Shown: in pieces, positions 40,937 through 54,903 of the stretch
How the letters are laid out: the number at the start of each line of letters is the position of its first letter
Position numbering within the stretch: position 1 is the first letter of the stretch
Translations under genes and position numbers: made by a program
Assembly: GCA_951406725.2 (NCBI GenBank)
Contig: OX597815.1
Coordinates: 18,724,001-18,788,000, forward strand
DNA from: Octopus vulgaris
Lineage: Eukaryota
Direction: 5' to 3'
DNA length: 64,000 nt
Notes under the pieces: model-generated
Database searches by the model: none
What the model was told of the DNA's origin: nothing
What the model saw: only the letters and a program-made list of their open reading frames with translations

Positions 40937-41594
40937 ATCTATCTAAGTATCTATCAATATATGTGTTCGTGTGCGTGTGTGTATGTGTGTGTGTGTGTGT
41001 GTACGTATATACCAGATACAATAGTCACCGTAGATCTGATTCAGGTTCGCTTCCAAGTGTAGTGTATATATAAGAGAACGGAAGTAGGGTTCTAAATTTA
41101 CTACAGCTGTTTCGGTAGTATTTCATCGATCCATTCCTAGACTACATCATAGCAAAAATTCGGTAATACTTTAAACACTTATGAACAGGCAACGTAATAT
41201 TGGAAGATAACTTATTCATCAACTAACTCGATGAACAAGTGATATTTTAGAAAGACCAATCGAATATATACAGAGAACGAATAAGAAAAGGGATAGCGTA
41301 AGAACAACGAGGTTAGAGCAGTCCTACTTTTCAACTCGTTATATAAATCAGTTTAGTCTTTCTTCCGCTGTGAAAAGTCAGCTGGAAACATGCATGATCA
41401 TTTAAAATATATCTAGGCGGATCATTGGAGTCAGATTTCAGCCTTCGTAAGAGAAACATAATCTTTTGTCATCCAGTCAACGCTAGAACAAACACGCGTA
41501 TAGATATATACATTTAGTTTATACAGTTATTTAAGCATGTACATACAAACACGCATGCATGCGCACGCACTCACGCGGGCACTCATTCACACAC

Positions 41595-41675
<81 letters not shown>

Positions 41676-41677
41676 CA

Positions 41678-41777
<100 letters not shown>

Positions 41778-41984
41778 AATGGAGTTTAACGCAGGTATAA
41801 TTCAAATACTTTTACTTCCGACACATGTTTCAAAGATATATATATGCAAACACGCGCACAAGCACATACACACAAACACACGCATACATGGACCTATGTT
41901 GACATCTACATGTACGTACATAGCACCAGTCTTTCTAATATAACATAAACATAAAGCGATATATATGAAGCAATAATGCAATAG

Positions 41985-42220
41985 CAATAGTAGGCATCCG
42001 TCAGTCTCAAGAGACCAATGATCCGCGCCTGAAGAAATATAGTGTCACCTGTTGGTGGTGGTGTAGAGTCTACTGCGTGTGTAGAGATCCATACGTTTGT
42101 GGTAGTCACACTTACAGCGACTGCATTTGAAGGGACTCGTTGCTGGCGCTACTGGTTTTCCCTTCCGTTGAGAGCGCTTTTCCGTGGTGGCGAGTTCCTG
42201 TTGTTGCTCCGCTCACTTCA
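41985..42220 (-). mobile_element. RTE-clade LINE 3' end fragment
   Basis: C-terminal FKCSRCKCDYHKRMDLY and RTE-like tail GGTCTCTTGAGACTGACGGATGCC followed by short repeats. Confidence 0.6.
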
Positions 42221-42576
42221 TCCCCAAATAAGATATAATAGATAAATGACTGAGTTAGGAAGCCATACATTGAACTATCGAATATTTCACTATTTATGAG
42301 ATGAAGTTTTAGTGGATTAGTATAGTGAGAATACGTAGATTAGTAGGTCTATTATATTGTGTTTGCATTTTCGAATACTCACGGACAGAGGAATGGATAA
42401 GTGTGTACACAGTAATTGTAAAGTTTTTTTTTAAAGCTGATCGTTTGTGTTTTCGAAAGCTATAGGTATGTAAGTTTCCGAACTTCTTTTATTTTGAGGG
42501 AGATTTAAAATATTCACAGGAAATTGTAGATATTCCAGTTTTGGGGAATAGTAGGGAGAAGTAGGAATATACTTTT

Positions 42577-42870
42577 CATCATTTCATTTCATTTCATCTA
42601 GTTTCAGCTCACGAGATGTGGCCATGCTGGAGCACCGCCATTCGGTGTTGCTACATGATTTTACTTCACGAATGCTTTTTAGCAATTGACATTTGGTGCA
42701 TGAGAGAGTTTGATGCAGCTGCCTTAATCTGCACCTCCTGCCGTGAAGTTGGTTCATCTGCGACACCTGACAGGAAGAGGTCCAACCTTATTTTGAAGAC
42801 ACCTCCATCCACCCCATGCATATATCTCAGGTTCTTCGGGAGGATATTGAAGAGCTGTGGACCTCTACTG
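42577..42870 (-). mobile_element. CR1-group LINE 3' end
   Basis: GPQLFNILPKNLR..FKIRLDLFLSGVADEP..AAASNSL, then tail ending in (GAAAT)n. Confidence 0.75.
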
Positions 42871-43244
42871 TTACTAGATCCGTAAATATTGTTTATTAGT
42901 CTACACTATGAACGTCACGGCAAGTATTACACTTTTTCTTACACTCCATGATGAAGAACACGATAAAAATCTACATTTGACTAATTGCTGATGATGTGTA
43001 CCCTCATCGGTTTCTTTGTATTGCGAGGTTTACACATTTTGTTTTTGCAATAGTCCGTTATAGTTCAGGAAACTAAATTTGGCTCTATGCACTTTAATTT
43101 TAAATATAGTTCATTGTATTTGAACTCATGGTCTGATGTAAATAGAAATAGATTAGTGTTAACTGATTAGTAATTATAATGCATGATTTCATCCGTGACG
43201 TCACTGCTGTTGCTACAGGAGGCAGACATGTTCAGTTAGAACAA

Positions 43245-43309
<65 letters not shown>

Positions 43310-43359
43310 CCACAAAAACAAAGATGATGATTGATAATAATAATAATAATAATAATAAT

Positions 43360-43421
<62 letters not shown>

Positions 43422-43503
43422 TAATAATAATAATAATAATGATACCCACAAAAACAATGATAATGATAATAATAACCACAAAAACAATGACAATAATAAT
43501 ATC

Positions 43504-43555
<52 letters not shown>

Positions 43556-43575
43556 GTGATGATAATAATAATAAA
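43245..43575. repeat. Complex (AAT)n array with an inverted (ATT)n block
   Basis: Directly visible. Confidence 0.95.
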
Positions 43576-44155
43576 GGCAAAAGCAGCAAACATAACAATA
43601 AAAATATTAATAATAACTCCAGCAAAACTCAGAAATTTGCAGTGAATTATGGATTATATGATTAATTTATCAGATAATTTAATATACATCTGAACTGTGT
43701 GCTATGTTCATGTATGTGTGCGCGCGCACATGCGTTTGTAGAAGCCATCGCTTTCTTCAGTGCGCATGTGTTAATAACTCTAGTGTCTGCATATGTGCAT
43801 TCTAAGTATAACTACGTTTACTATATTCAGTATTCCCCGTTTTCACAGTTGGGTTTTCACACGTCGTGATTTGTTATATGAAAGAAATGAAGCAATTTTC
43901 ATGTCGCTGAAATAGAAAATATCAATGCAATAATTTCTCACTCTGGCCTCTTGAGTAACAATAATTTCATTTTTCTTCCTATCTGTTCAAATATTAACAT
44001 ATAATGTCAGTATTAATATCTAATGATATACGTTTTATATTTTAGTGTATATAGTTCAATTGCAAAGGTCACCTTCACCTAGCATTCAGCATAAATCGAT
44101 ATGTATGTATGAATATGTGTGTGTGTTTATATATATATATGTGTGTTTATGAATT

Positions 44156-44246
<91 letters not shown>

Positions 44247-45145
44247 TATATATAAGTATGTATATATAAAATACATACTTACATATACATATAGAGAGAG
44301 AAAGAGTGTGAGTGTGAATATGTGTGTGCGTGTGAGTGTATGTGTGTGCGTGTGTGTGGTGTGTGTATTATTGTGTCATTTCTGCAGTTAATATACTTTG
44401 AAAATTAAATTTTATAATTTTGTAATCTGCAAATTATGCCTAGTTATTTTCATGTAAATTAAATATTCATAATTTTCTTTAATAGCTATTATAATTCTCT
44501 ACAAATATATATTTACTATAAATGCATAAAACCCATATAAATATATACATACATATATATACATGTATACATTCATATATAAATATATAAATATATACAT
44601 AAATATATAAATATATACATTTCTTATAATTAAAGATGGAGAGCGGTAGATATATACATAAATTCACTTCTATATACTTCCCTAACTGTCTACATTCATA
44701 CATTGGATAAGTAGGAATACATTGTTCAGTCAAGTTATTTGCTTATTCCTTGAATTAATCTATAATTGGCTGAGTATTCGGTAGACACGGCTATCCTTAG
44801 CGTAATTTTGAAGACAGGTCACCATGATATAAGTTGTTTCAAAGCGTGCTTTTCAATTACCAGCCCAATACATCCTTCGGTTTACGTTTTCCCAATTAAT
44901 CTTACTAGAGATACGTCCAGCCAAGGCTACGGAAAACGACACTTGACTATGATGCCAGGCTGTAGAATCAAACCCAGCATCTCGTGTTGGAGAATCAAAC
45001 TTTTGAACCATTCAACCATATTGCACCATCATATGCATGTGTGTGCATTTTATATATATATATATATAAATAAACAATTGCAGCGTGGAAGGTGTTTGTA
45101 AGCCATTTAAGAAACACACAAAAGCCGTTCGATTCACTTCAACAG

Positions 45146-45147
<2 letters not shown>

Positions 45148-45195
<48 letters not shown>

Positions 45196-45311
45196 AGAAG
45201 AAGAAGAAGAATGAGGAGGAGGAGGAGGAGGAAGAAGAAGAAGAAGAAGAAGAAGAAGAAGAAGAAGAAGAAGAAGAAGAAGAAGAAGAAGAAGAAGAAG
45301 AAGAAGAAGAA
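45148..45311. repeat. (AAG)n/(GAG)n purine tract
   Basis: Directly visible. Confidence 0.97.
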
Positions 45312-46965
45312 TGCGGGAGTGGTAGGATAGTAGAAGGATGTTAAATGGTCAAGTGCCCTGAAAGTGCCTTGTTGTGGATTGTAGTAGTGATTGAATTCTT
45401 GAGATATCTCTTTTGAATGTATTGTTTTTATTACTTGAGTAGGTTTTATTCTAAACAGCAATAGTAGTAATATAAGGAAGGAGATGGCGGAGAGGAAGAA
45501 GACGAAAATGAAGAAGGGGAAGGAGAAGAAGAGAAAGAATAATGAAAGAATGCGGGAGTGGTATTATATTTGTAGAGTGTTAAATGGTCAAGTCACCAAA
45601 AAGTGAATCGTTGTGGATTATATTAGTGTTTTTAATGAATTCTTGGGTATCTCTTTTGAATGTATCATTTTTAATATCATGCAGATGTATAATAAGAAAA
45701 ATGGAGATGCTAATGTCATTAAGATTTTATTATCACCAAAAAGTCGATCATTATCCCTTACAACTGTTTCAATTAAGGTCAATGAAGTTAAATAATTATT
45801 ACAATCATATCTCTGAGCATAATCTCTTCAGGGGAAGAAAAAATATACCCTTAGATATTTTGTGTGTTAGTTTGTAGAATCATCACGGCAGACTCTTATA
45901 TATATATATAAATATATATATATATACGTTTAAATATTTGTTGTGCAAGATTTTTTATGTGAAGTCGTGTGTTGAAACAGATATTGTTATATTTCGGAAT
46001 GGTCATATTGCCAGTTTAGCCAATAAAAACACACGCACTATATATTTGGTGTTATTTTGCTTCAGTGATATTTATTTTTTACATAAATCTTAATCTTATT
46101 TCGGCCAAAGTTCTTTCGTCACACTCCTGTGACCGCATCAGTGGTCCTTTGTTTTCTTCTCACTTACTTGTGTCTCTCCTTACTAACCGTCAGCCATTTT
46201 GTATTTCTATTGTATGTCTTCATTTGCGCATGCTTATATCTCTATGTGCGTCTATGTTTATTTAGTGTGTGGGGGGGGATGTCTGTAATATTTGTATCTT
46301 CTGGTTATATACATTCTTGTAAGTTGTATTTTGTTTTTGTTGTTGTTGCTTTTGTTCTAATTTTGTTCATGTGTTTACATCCACCCATTATTATCATTAC
46401 ATATGCTTGTATGTATGTATAACAACAATATTAGTAATAATAATAATAAATCTAATCGAGAAAAAAAAAAAAAAAAAAAAGAATATACATATACATATAT
46501 ATATATATATATACATACACATACATATACATATATATATATATACATATATACACACATATATACACATATACATATACATATATATACACATATACAT
46601 ACACATAGATATTCATTTCTATTTCTTTAATTACCTGTGTATTTATTATGTTTGCAGGATCCACTATTGTCATATGTTGTGGTGTGCGCTATTGCTCCAT
46701 TCTAGTTTTCTATTCAGGCTAGGTTTATTTTCTATTATATGTGTAGCTTCTGTAATTTGTCTAATTGTTGCATCTGTTCTATGTGTGGACAATATCTTAA
46801 TCTCTATGTTATTGATTGATCCCCCGTGTTCTTGTTCGGCGTGTTGGTACAGAATCGATGAGCTTTTACCTTCCTTGAGTTGTCTCCAATGTTCATTCAC
46901 CCGCTCACCAATGCTTCTTGCAGTTTCCCCTACGTATGTTACTGTCTTGTTACTGCATCGTCCCT

Positions 46966-47325
46966 TTTGTTACAGTCACTGATCCTGCTTAGGAGATCTT
47001 CTGTGCTGTCACATACATCAGGTGACATCCTGATTATAGGGCGTATGATCATTGAGAGGAAGTAGGAGATTCTGTAATTGCTAGCGATATTCGCTCCACA
47101 GACTGGTCTTGTTGGTGGTCCTGCTATAGGGTCAGTAAAACCTTTATGGTCCTTGCGAAGTCCATACAGTGCCGGGATATCATTGTTCCAGGCTTGGAAA
47201 TTCTTTGCAGTACGTTTCTGAGGTCCCAGAACAATTGTCCACATCATCATGTGGGCATTGAGGACCTTTTCTCTCTCCTCATGCGCCTGTACAGTTGTTA
47301 CTTTTGTATTGGCGATATGAGGTTG
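46966..47325 (-). pseudogene. PLE reverse transcriptase N-terminal fragment
   Basis: PALYGLRKDHK...PPTRPVCGA...STEDLL. Confidence 0.8.
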
Positions 47326-47347
47326 CAATTCATACTATGCAAAACCT

Positions 47348-48238
47348 ATGACCTCAAAATACCTGATCCACCGGAACTCAGCCATTGCGGGCAATGCCAA
47401 ATTCAATATTTTGATGGCAGACCTCGTCAGAATAATGAGAAATGTGTCACGCATGTGCGAGCCTACAGAATTAAAGAGACACATACAGTATTTCATTCAC
47501 CGCATGCAGTTCTCAGGTTACAGCCATAAAGAAAGGATCAGAGTATACAAAGGAGCCATGAAGAAATTTGATAATATATTATGTAATGATAGGAATGGGA
47601 TTTGCCCACTCTATAGGAACAAGTCATGGAACACTATAGAAAGGACAAAAAAGAAAATAAGGAAGGCCAACTCTTGGTATGATAGCCATAAATACCAGAG
47701 TGTCATGTTCGTTGACACCACCCCTGGAGGTGAACTAGCGTACCGCTTTAGAAGGACCCTAGATAAACTTAAACTAAGAATTAAGGTTGTTGAAAAGCCA
47801 GGCAACCCTATCAGATCTATAATTGGTAGAACCTATCCTTTTAGTAGAACTCTCTGTACGGATAACTATTGCACTGTATGTAGATTTAGCCCACAAACGA
47901 ACTGTAAAGCCAGAAATGTGGTCTATAGTATAAGATGTATAGAGGGACGATGCAGTAACAAGACAGTAACATACGTAGGGGAAACTGCAAGAAGCATTGG
48001 TGAGCGGGTGAATGAACATTGGAGACAACTCAAGGAAGGTAAAAGCTCATCGATTCTGTACCAACACGCCGAACAAGAACACGGGGGATCAATCAATAAC
48101 ATAGAGATTAAGATATTGTCCACACATAGAACAGATGCAACAATTAGACAAATTACAGAAGCTACACATATAATAGAAAATAAACCTAGCCTGAATAGAA
48201 AACTAGAATGGAGCAATAGCGCACACCACAACATATGA
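47348..48238 (+). CDS. PLE ORF C-terminal part: RT thumb, Cys-rich linker, GIY-YIG endonuclease (5'-truncated)
   Basis: Open for 296 aa; CTDNYCTVC linker; [33 protein letters not shown]. Confidence 0.85.
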   Translation: MTSKYLIHRNSAIAGNAKFNILMADLVRIMRNVSRMCEPTELKRHIQYFIHRMQFSGYSHKERIRVYKGAMKKFDNILCNDRNGICPLYRNKSWNTIERTKKKIRKANSWYDSHKYQSVMFVDTTPGGELAYRFRRTLDKLKLRIKVVEKPGNPIRSIIGRTYPFSRTLCTDNYCTVCRFSPQTNCKARNVVYSIRCIEGRCSNKTVTYVGETARSIGERVNEHWRQLKEGKSSSILYQHAEQEHGGSINNIEIKILSTHRTDATIRQITEATHIIENKPSLNRKLEWSNSAHHNI

Positions 48239-48753
48239 CAATAGTGGATCCTGCAAACATAATAAATACACAGGTAATTAAAGAAATAGAAATGAATATC
48301 TATGTGTATGTATATGTGTATATATATGTATATGTATATGTGTATATATGTGTGTATATATGTATATATATATATGTATATGTATGTGTATGTATATATA
48401 TATATATATGTATATGTATATTCTTTTTTTTTTTTTTTTTTCTCGATTAGATTTATTATTATTATTACTAATATTGTTGTTATACATACATACAGGCATA
48501 TGTAATGATAATAATGGGTGGATGTAAACACATGAACAAAATTAGAACAAAAGCAACAACAACAAAAACAAAATACAACTTACAAGAATGTATATAACCA
48601 GAAGATACAAATATTACAGACATCCCCCCCACACACTAAATAAACATAGACGCACATAGAGATATAAGCATGCGCAAATGAAGACATACAATAGAAATAC
48701 AAAATGGCTGACGGTTAGTAAGGAGAGACACAAGTAAGTGAGAAGAAAACAAA

Positions 48754-48798
48754 GGACCACTGATGCGGTCACAGGAGTGTGACGAAAGAACTTTGGCC
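48754..48798 (+). ncRNA. Hammerhead-like motif in the PLE terminal repeat (mirror copy 46103-46147, minus strand)
   Basis: CCA-CTGATGCG-GTCACA(GGAG)TGTGAC-GAAA-GAAC-TT-TGG. Confidence 0.55.
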
Positions 48799-48912
48799 GA
48801 AATAAGATTAAGATTAATGTAAAAAATAAATATCACTGAAGCAAAATAACACCAAATATATAGTGCGTGTGTTTTTATTGGCTAAACTGGCAATATGACC
48901 ATTCCGAAATAT

Positions 48913-48949
<37 letters not shown>

Positions 48950-49136
48950 AATGTATGTATGTATGTATGTATGTATGTATGTATGTGTATAAGTTTGTGT
49001 GTCTGTATTTGTCCCCCAACACCGCTTGACAACCGATGCTGGTGTACTAGGCTTACAAAGAATAAGTCCTGGGGTAGATTTACTCGATTACAGGCGGTGC
49101 TTCAGCATGGCCGCAGTCAAATGACTGAAACATACA

Positions 49137-49178
<42 letters not shown>

Positions 49179-52100
49179 AACATATAGATACACATGTGCT
49201 GGTTTGTCATAATCTCAAAAAAAGCTTTCGACACCCCGCTACACACAGCTGTGTGGATGGTCTCGAAGCAATTCGGTTGCGCTAATATTTTACTGATACT
49301 CATCCGAGTAGTTCACGTGGTATGGTTGATCGGGTGACATATTAAAATAACTTCGAAGTTTCTGCTAGCTAAGTGTATGTGTGCTTGTGTGTGTGTATTC
49401 GCACACACACATTGCATATGTATTGTGTGTATGTTTATGTGTCTGAGTTTGATATTAAAATTAAGCATATGTCTTAAAAGTTAATAATATACAGGATACA
49501 TATCTCATAAATATTCATTGCTTTAATCGTGTTAATTTTTGTGCTAAAAATTAACATCAGTTGTTATCACGTATTCAATGATTGTTGCGGTTTTGCGCCC
49601 GATCCACACTGATCGACAAGACCTATGGTCAAGTCACTTTATATATATACCTAGTAATACATTACCCAATGAGTTGTTTTCAAGGCAATAAGATATAACT
49701 TGATATAGTGTGTGTTACTATTTCTAGCAAGTAAATCGTCCATATAATTACATTGTTATTGACCAGCCATTCAAATGACAATAGCTTGGCCGTTTTGTCA
49801 CATATATTAATAATTGCCAAGTACACTCTCGTATTTTCAACTTCAGCCAAGTTAGTGTCTCAGCAGGGTTATCTCTAGCAAATATCTACTTCGGTGATAT
49901 CAGCCAATAAAGTATTCTCCCTACAGATGGCTAGACTCTAAAAGCAGTAAATTCTTTCATCTATCCCAATTATGACTTTAAACCATGGCGTTTCTCTTGA
50001 TAATAAGTTATATGAGTTTTCCAAGTACGTCGATGTCACGTAGTTTGTGAAACATTATCTTATGAATAATTCTTCTGCTGGCTCTAGGTACACCATGTTG
50101 ATTAATAAGTTCGAGTGAAGTGTGGAGTGAATTCAGTCTGATAAAGGAATTGAATTCGAGTTTATGCGAAAAGAGTAACTGAAAAATTCGAGAAGTAGAG
50201 AAAGAGAGGGCGTGAGGAGGGGTAGAATATTGATGTGAAAAGAGAACGAAAGTGAATGAACCAAAAAGCTTTGAAATGATGGAAAGATGCAATGTTCCAA
50301 AACAAAAAGAAAATGGCCGAGTATTTGAGGCAAAATGGGGTAGATAAACGGTAGATAGAAAGAGGGGAAGACTAACTCTAGCAGCACGTAGGAAAAATAT
50401 TCAGTTGTTTGGAAACCCCCAAATTATTCTAAGTTTCGAATGAATGCAACATATATATAGAATCAATCATATTAGAAGCGAAAGGCGTCTGCATGTATTC
50501 ATTACACTGTGAGAATCTTTAGTACGGAGCATTAGAAAGTTCCACTCTTCGTAAACACTAAATTTATTGGCACGTTCAAATCTCTTTGAATATATTAAAC
50601 ATTGCTGCCGACACTGTTTCTAACTCCTTTACCTCTGATCGCACATATGCCCCCAACACAAACTATATTTACATAAAGCATATTAGATCACTTACTTTTG
50701 TACATGCTTCGCGTGAAACGTCCTAATAGGAACCTAAATATGTGTATTAAGCAAGAGGAAATCACAGCCAAATTGCTCTCCTTATGATTCCTTTTAGAAT
50801 CTTTCTACGAAGAATATCAAGATTATTTTATCTTCCAAGTCTTCTTCTTTCCAAGTCATCCAACCCAGCTTGCTAAACGCCTTAATGTCTTAATGATTTG
50901 AAACATAATAGTAATAGGTCATAGATAAAGTAAATAATACAGAAAAAAGGCAATTTCCTCCCGGAACTTATTTGGTTTATCTTTGATAATTTGTTCTATC
51001 ACTTTGCTGATATGTAAATTCGAATAAACAACACTGTGATCTGTAACTTTTCCTCTGCTTGGTACTGACTAAAAGACATACACATTTTCCTAACTTTTTC
51101 AAGATTTTACTAGTTCTAGTGAAACTTGAAAAATATCTGAAGTGCTTTTTAGCACGATTTTGAGACGATTTGATAAAAATAATCGTGATTTCTTGCTGAA
51201 TCCAAGCTTTGAATCTGTGACCGACAGAACAAGTTTCTATCAATGTAATTAATAGTTTGTATGGTTCTATGGAAATTACTAGGATGAGATAACTTTTGCA
51301 GATCATCTATTTGTATGTATGCTGTTGGGATAGTAAAAACGATGCTAAATTGCTTATTCACTGCATTAAACGAGCTCATTTCACAGAATTGCGTTATTTT
51401 AAATGTACTTTTTGTGAGTTTTTTAACAAAATCTGTTGTAAAGAAAGTATTTTCTGTAATTTTATTTATACCGTCATTCTATCTGTGAGAACATTTTATT
51501 TAGAATTTTGAATCGCTGTGAATGACATTAAGTGTTCCTCTGTGTAAGTAATATGTCCATTTAATCGATATGAGACATTTATTCTCATGAGAATTTTCCT
51601 TTCATACAAGCTGCAAATCATTTGAACGTTTGATATCTTTCATTATAATCTACGTTTTCTGAATAAGTTAGGTTCACGATCGTACACTGTTAAATTTCGA
51701 TCACATACAATTTTTATCTATTACAGGTATGATACCAGTAACCAATCTTATGTTTGTGATTAACACGCCTACAAATTAGAATACTAATTTTAGCTTTGTA
51801 AAATTTTCTTGTTCTAGACCTTATGAACTCATTAATGGAGATAATAATTAGTAGCTGAGTGTGCTAAAAACAATTTAGTATGACTGCCAACGAGGAGAGA
51901 ACAAAAGAAAAAAAATCGCTTATAAACGATATTGTAGGTGCTAACTGATTTCCTGTAGCAATTTATATTTTAATAATTAAAATTACACCCAAATTAAAAA
52001 GAACCAAACATGTGATTTACTAACGGTGGTCAAGAAAGGCAGAGGTGACAAAATGCGATAGGCAAATTATTTTCAATTAATTTGGTAGTGCGTCCTATAT

Positions 52101-52415
52101 TTAGCTGTAGGGCAACAACCTCGAAAATGTTGCAGCTTTATAATCGCTTCAGTAAAGTCGAGTATGATTGTTGTTGGAAATCCTAGACGTCTAGAGTGGT
52201 AGCGTATGTACAGTTAAATTGAATTGACTCCTAACGGAGCTTTTCGATGATGTTTGAATACGCTGAACCACTGTCCTAATCATTTGAAATATTGCAAGCA
52301 TTTACATTGTTTGAATTCTTTAAAATGATCATTGATTGTTATCATCTACAAAGCATCCATCCAATCAAGAGCAAAACGAAATATTGTGCATGTGAGTTAT
52401 CTCCCTGAATATATT

Positions 52416-52447
<32 letters not shown>

Positions 52448-52448
<1 letters not shown>

Positions 52449-52680
52449 CGGAGATGTACTTGCATAGCAAGTGATCTGATCTGAGATCGTGTGCTGGAAT
52501 GAAAACAATTGCAGCAGTGAAGGTGTTATAAGCCATTTAAGAATGACACAGAATTTTGTTAGTGAACAGGTCGCGGTCTCAAAGCGGCGAAAATATTTTG
52601 GCAGATTAAATTAAAATTTTGAAGTGAATCTAACGGTTTTTGTGTGCTTTTTAAATGACACCTTCCACGCTGCAATTCTT
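52448..52680. mobile_element. Inverted PLE-type terminal fragments between (TA)n tracts
   Basis: AATTGCAGC.G..GAAGGTGT at about 52507 is inverted at about 52657-52677; family copy at 45070-45143; decayed hammerhead remnant GTCGC..GCGGC-GAAA-ATAT-TT. Confidence 0.55.
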
Positions 52681-53019
52681 ATATATATATATACTCCTCA
52701 AACTAAGAGGCAGAATTATATGAAAGTGTAATTTAGATGTAATAGAGACTTCTAAACATACAGGTGTTATTTATATCTATATACAGAGAGAGGGAGAGAG
52801 AGGGCGGAGTCAAAAGACCAGAAAAGTATTTCATTGGTTATTGTCTTTGCTGTAATTGCTACCTTTTCACTAGTTCGTCTGACTCAGAGATCAAACATCA
52901 TTTCAAATGGTGACCTGTTTACAACAATAACAAAGCATGTCAAAATAACACCTTCATTGGCCTACTTCGTAAAGGATTAACAGGAATGTCACTTTATATT
53001 GAACCTAGAATGCATCATT

Positions 53020-53445
53020 ATATTCTTTAATGGACTTTCCAATATCCACAAGAGCAAAAGAATATATGTTCCCCACAGAGAATCAATCACTAACGATCCA
53101 ATATTAACGGATCACATGTGTGAAACAGAGAAACAAATCCCTTTTCCAGATATTGTTGTGAAAAACATATAAATCTCGTAACTGATATTATAAACCTGCC
53201 GAACCATCTCCAGAAAGACAATTTTATTTCCTGGCTGATGTCGTAAAGCTTTGTGCGATTTCCTATGAATATGGAACTGAAAATATAGAATACAGCCTTA
53301 AACCTATTCTTGAACTCATAAAGAAATGATCCATTATCGAAAGAATCAAATTCATCCTTAAAATTACTTTCTTCACTTTCTATGGTAATATTTACAGGCA
53401 CATTTCTGGGGTCTGACAGGGACAAAAATTTCCTCCGAAATTAAG
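53020..53445 (+). pseudogene. Highly decayed PLE RT fragment
   Basis: FNGLSNIHKS, ISYEYGTENIEY, IKFILKITFFTFYGNIYRHISG parallel the RT at 62.9-63.2 kb. Confidence 0.6.
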
Positions 53446-54347
53446 CCCTTCAAGTCATGGTATTCTAAGTTGTCCAAATACACAAATAACGGGGGTCAAA
53501 ATTTGACATCAGCGTTTTTTTAATATTTATTTAGTAATTGGAACAGATTTTAAATGACTATTTTATTGTGCAGATGCCCGAAGCCGTCAACTGAGTGAAA
53601 TCTAAACCTAAAGTCAATATTCAGTTCATAATAGATACCGTCAAAATCTTCTGGGCAATTTGATCATGAAAAAATAATCAAGCGTGCTAACGTTTCTGCC
53701 AGCTCACCGCCTTTGACCATTACAGATACTACACAACTGTCATCCCAACAAATTTTTGTCGTTCGAGCCGCAGAATACTCATTAATATTTTATGAAGACA
53801 AAACGTTTTAGTTTATATCAGCAAAGCCTTTTTTGCAGAAACAATCATACCACCTGCCTTTCAAGAAATCTAATATATGTTATTAAATGTAATGAGAGTA
53901 ATAAATACTATATGCGACAAATAAAGGAATATCCTTGAGCAATATATATATAATTTATAAGAAAAGGCAAAAGAAAAAATTTCTAATGCCAAAATATGCC
54001 GAAAATAGACACAACGTCAATAACCATTATAATTCATCACTACAAGCACGCGTTTCGAAGAAAGCCGACAGAAATTTCTAAAAAAATCCCGTTATTACCA
54101 TATCGGACCCGGTTTCAGAGCTGGTTCATAAGAACCTTCCCTTCATCAGTGATAAATGCAGTGAAGAAATAAGTGAAATACTTTCTTACACCCCTGGAAG
54201 AAGCAAACAGTAAGTCATAAGCACAACTAAGTACCCCAAATATATCCAAAATAGAAACTCTCTAGCACACCTCGAGACACGTGCGATTCGAATTGAAAAA
54301 CTCTCGTAAAGTGAGAGAGTCCGGAAGTGAACACTATTAAATTAATA

Positions 54348-54416
<69 letters not shown>

Positions 54417-54903
54417 AATGTAAAAAAATACAAACTGGGTCAAGAACGTGAAACATTTAGAAGACGATGCAAAAAACACAGACGGGACATTCGAAGCCTT
54501 CAATCTTCAGTCAAGAACCGGATCATCTTCGCAATTTCGGCTGATTAATCTTGAAGGATATATATATATATCCTTTTATTATTCTATTCTTTTACTGGAG
54601 CACCGCCTTTGTCGAAGAAATCGCCCCCAGGTATTATTCCTTGTAACATTTTTTAAGGTTATTTCTACAGATATTCTATAGAACTAAAATTCAGCACTGA
54701 TTTTTGCAACAATGTTTCATATCGAGACGTCAGATGTAAACAGACAATGTGATCGAAGACAAAAGTGTGTACTGAGTGTATATACATATTTCGGGGACTG
54801 TTGCCTCTTCTTCAGTACTCAACCGACTCACTTTTGCCTCCGAACACATTACTTATATAGTCACTGCATACAGCGGTGTTAAGCTACTGAATATACCAAT
54901 TTA

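Larger units (their letters stand above)
45927..48920. mobile_element. Young rearranged Penelope-like element with inverted arms of about 980 bp
   Basis: 45981-46965 is the near-perfect reverse complement of 47943-48920; (TA)n on both flanks. Confidence 0.92.

Noticed and set aside
45085-45330. Poly-Arg/Lys protamine-like ORF
   Set aside because: Translation of an (AAG)n tract
48236-48300. Selenocysteine read-through of the PLE TGA stop
   Set aside because: A TAG follows two codons later and I saw no SECIS-like element
49960-50130. HKLRDIDVLGKL, possible CR1-type RT remnant
   Set aside because: Too short and degraded to support
53090-53425. Minus-strand 111-aa acidic ORF
   Set aside because: Antisense to a decayed PLE RT
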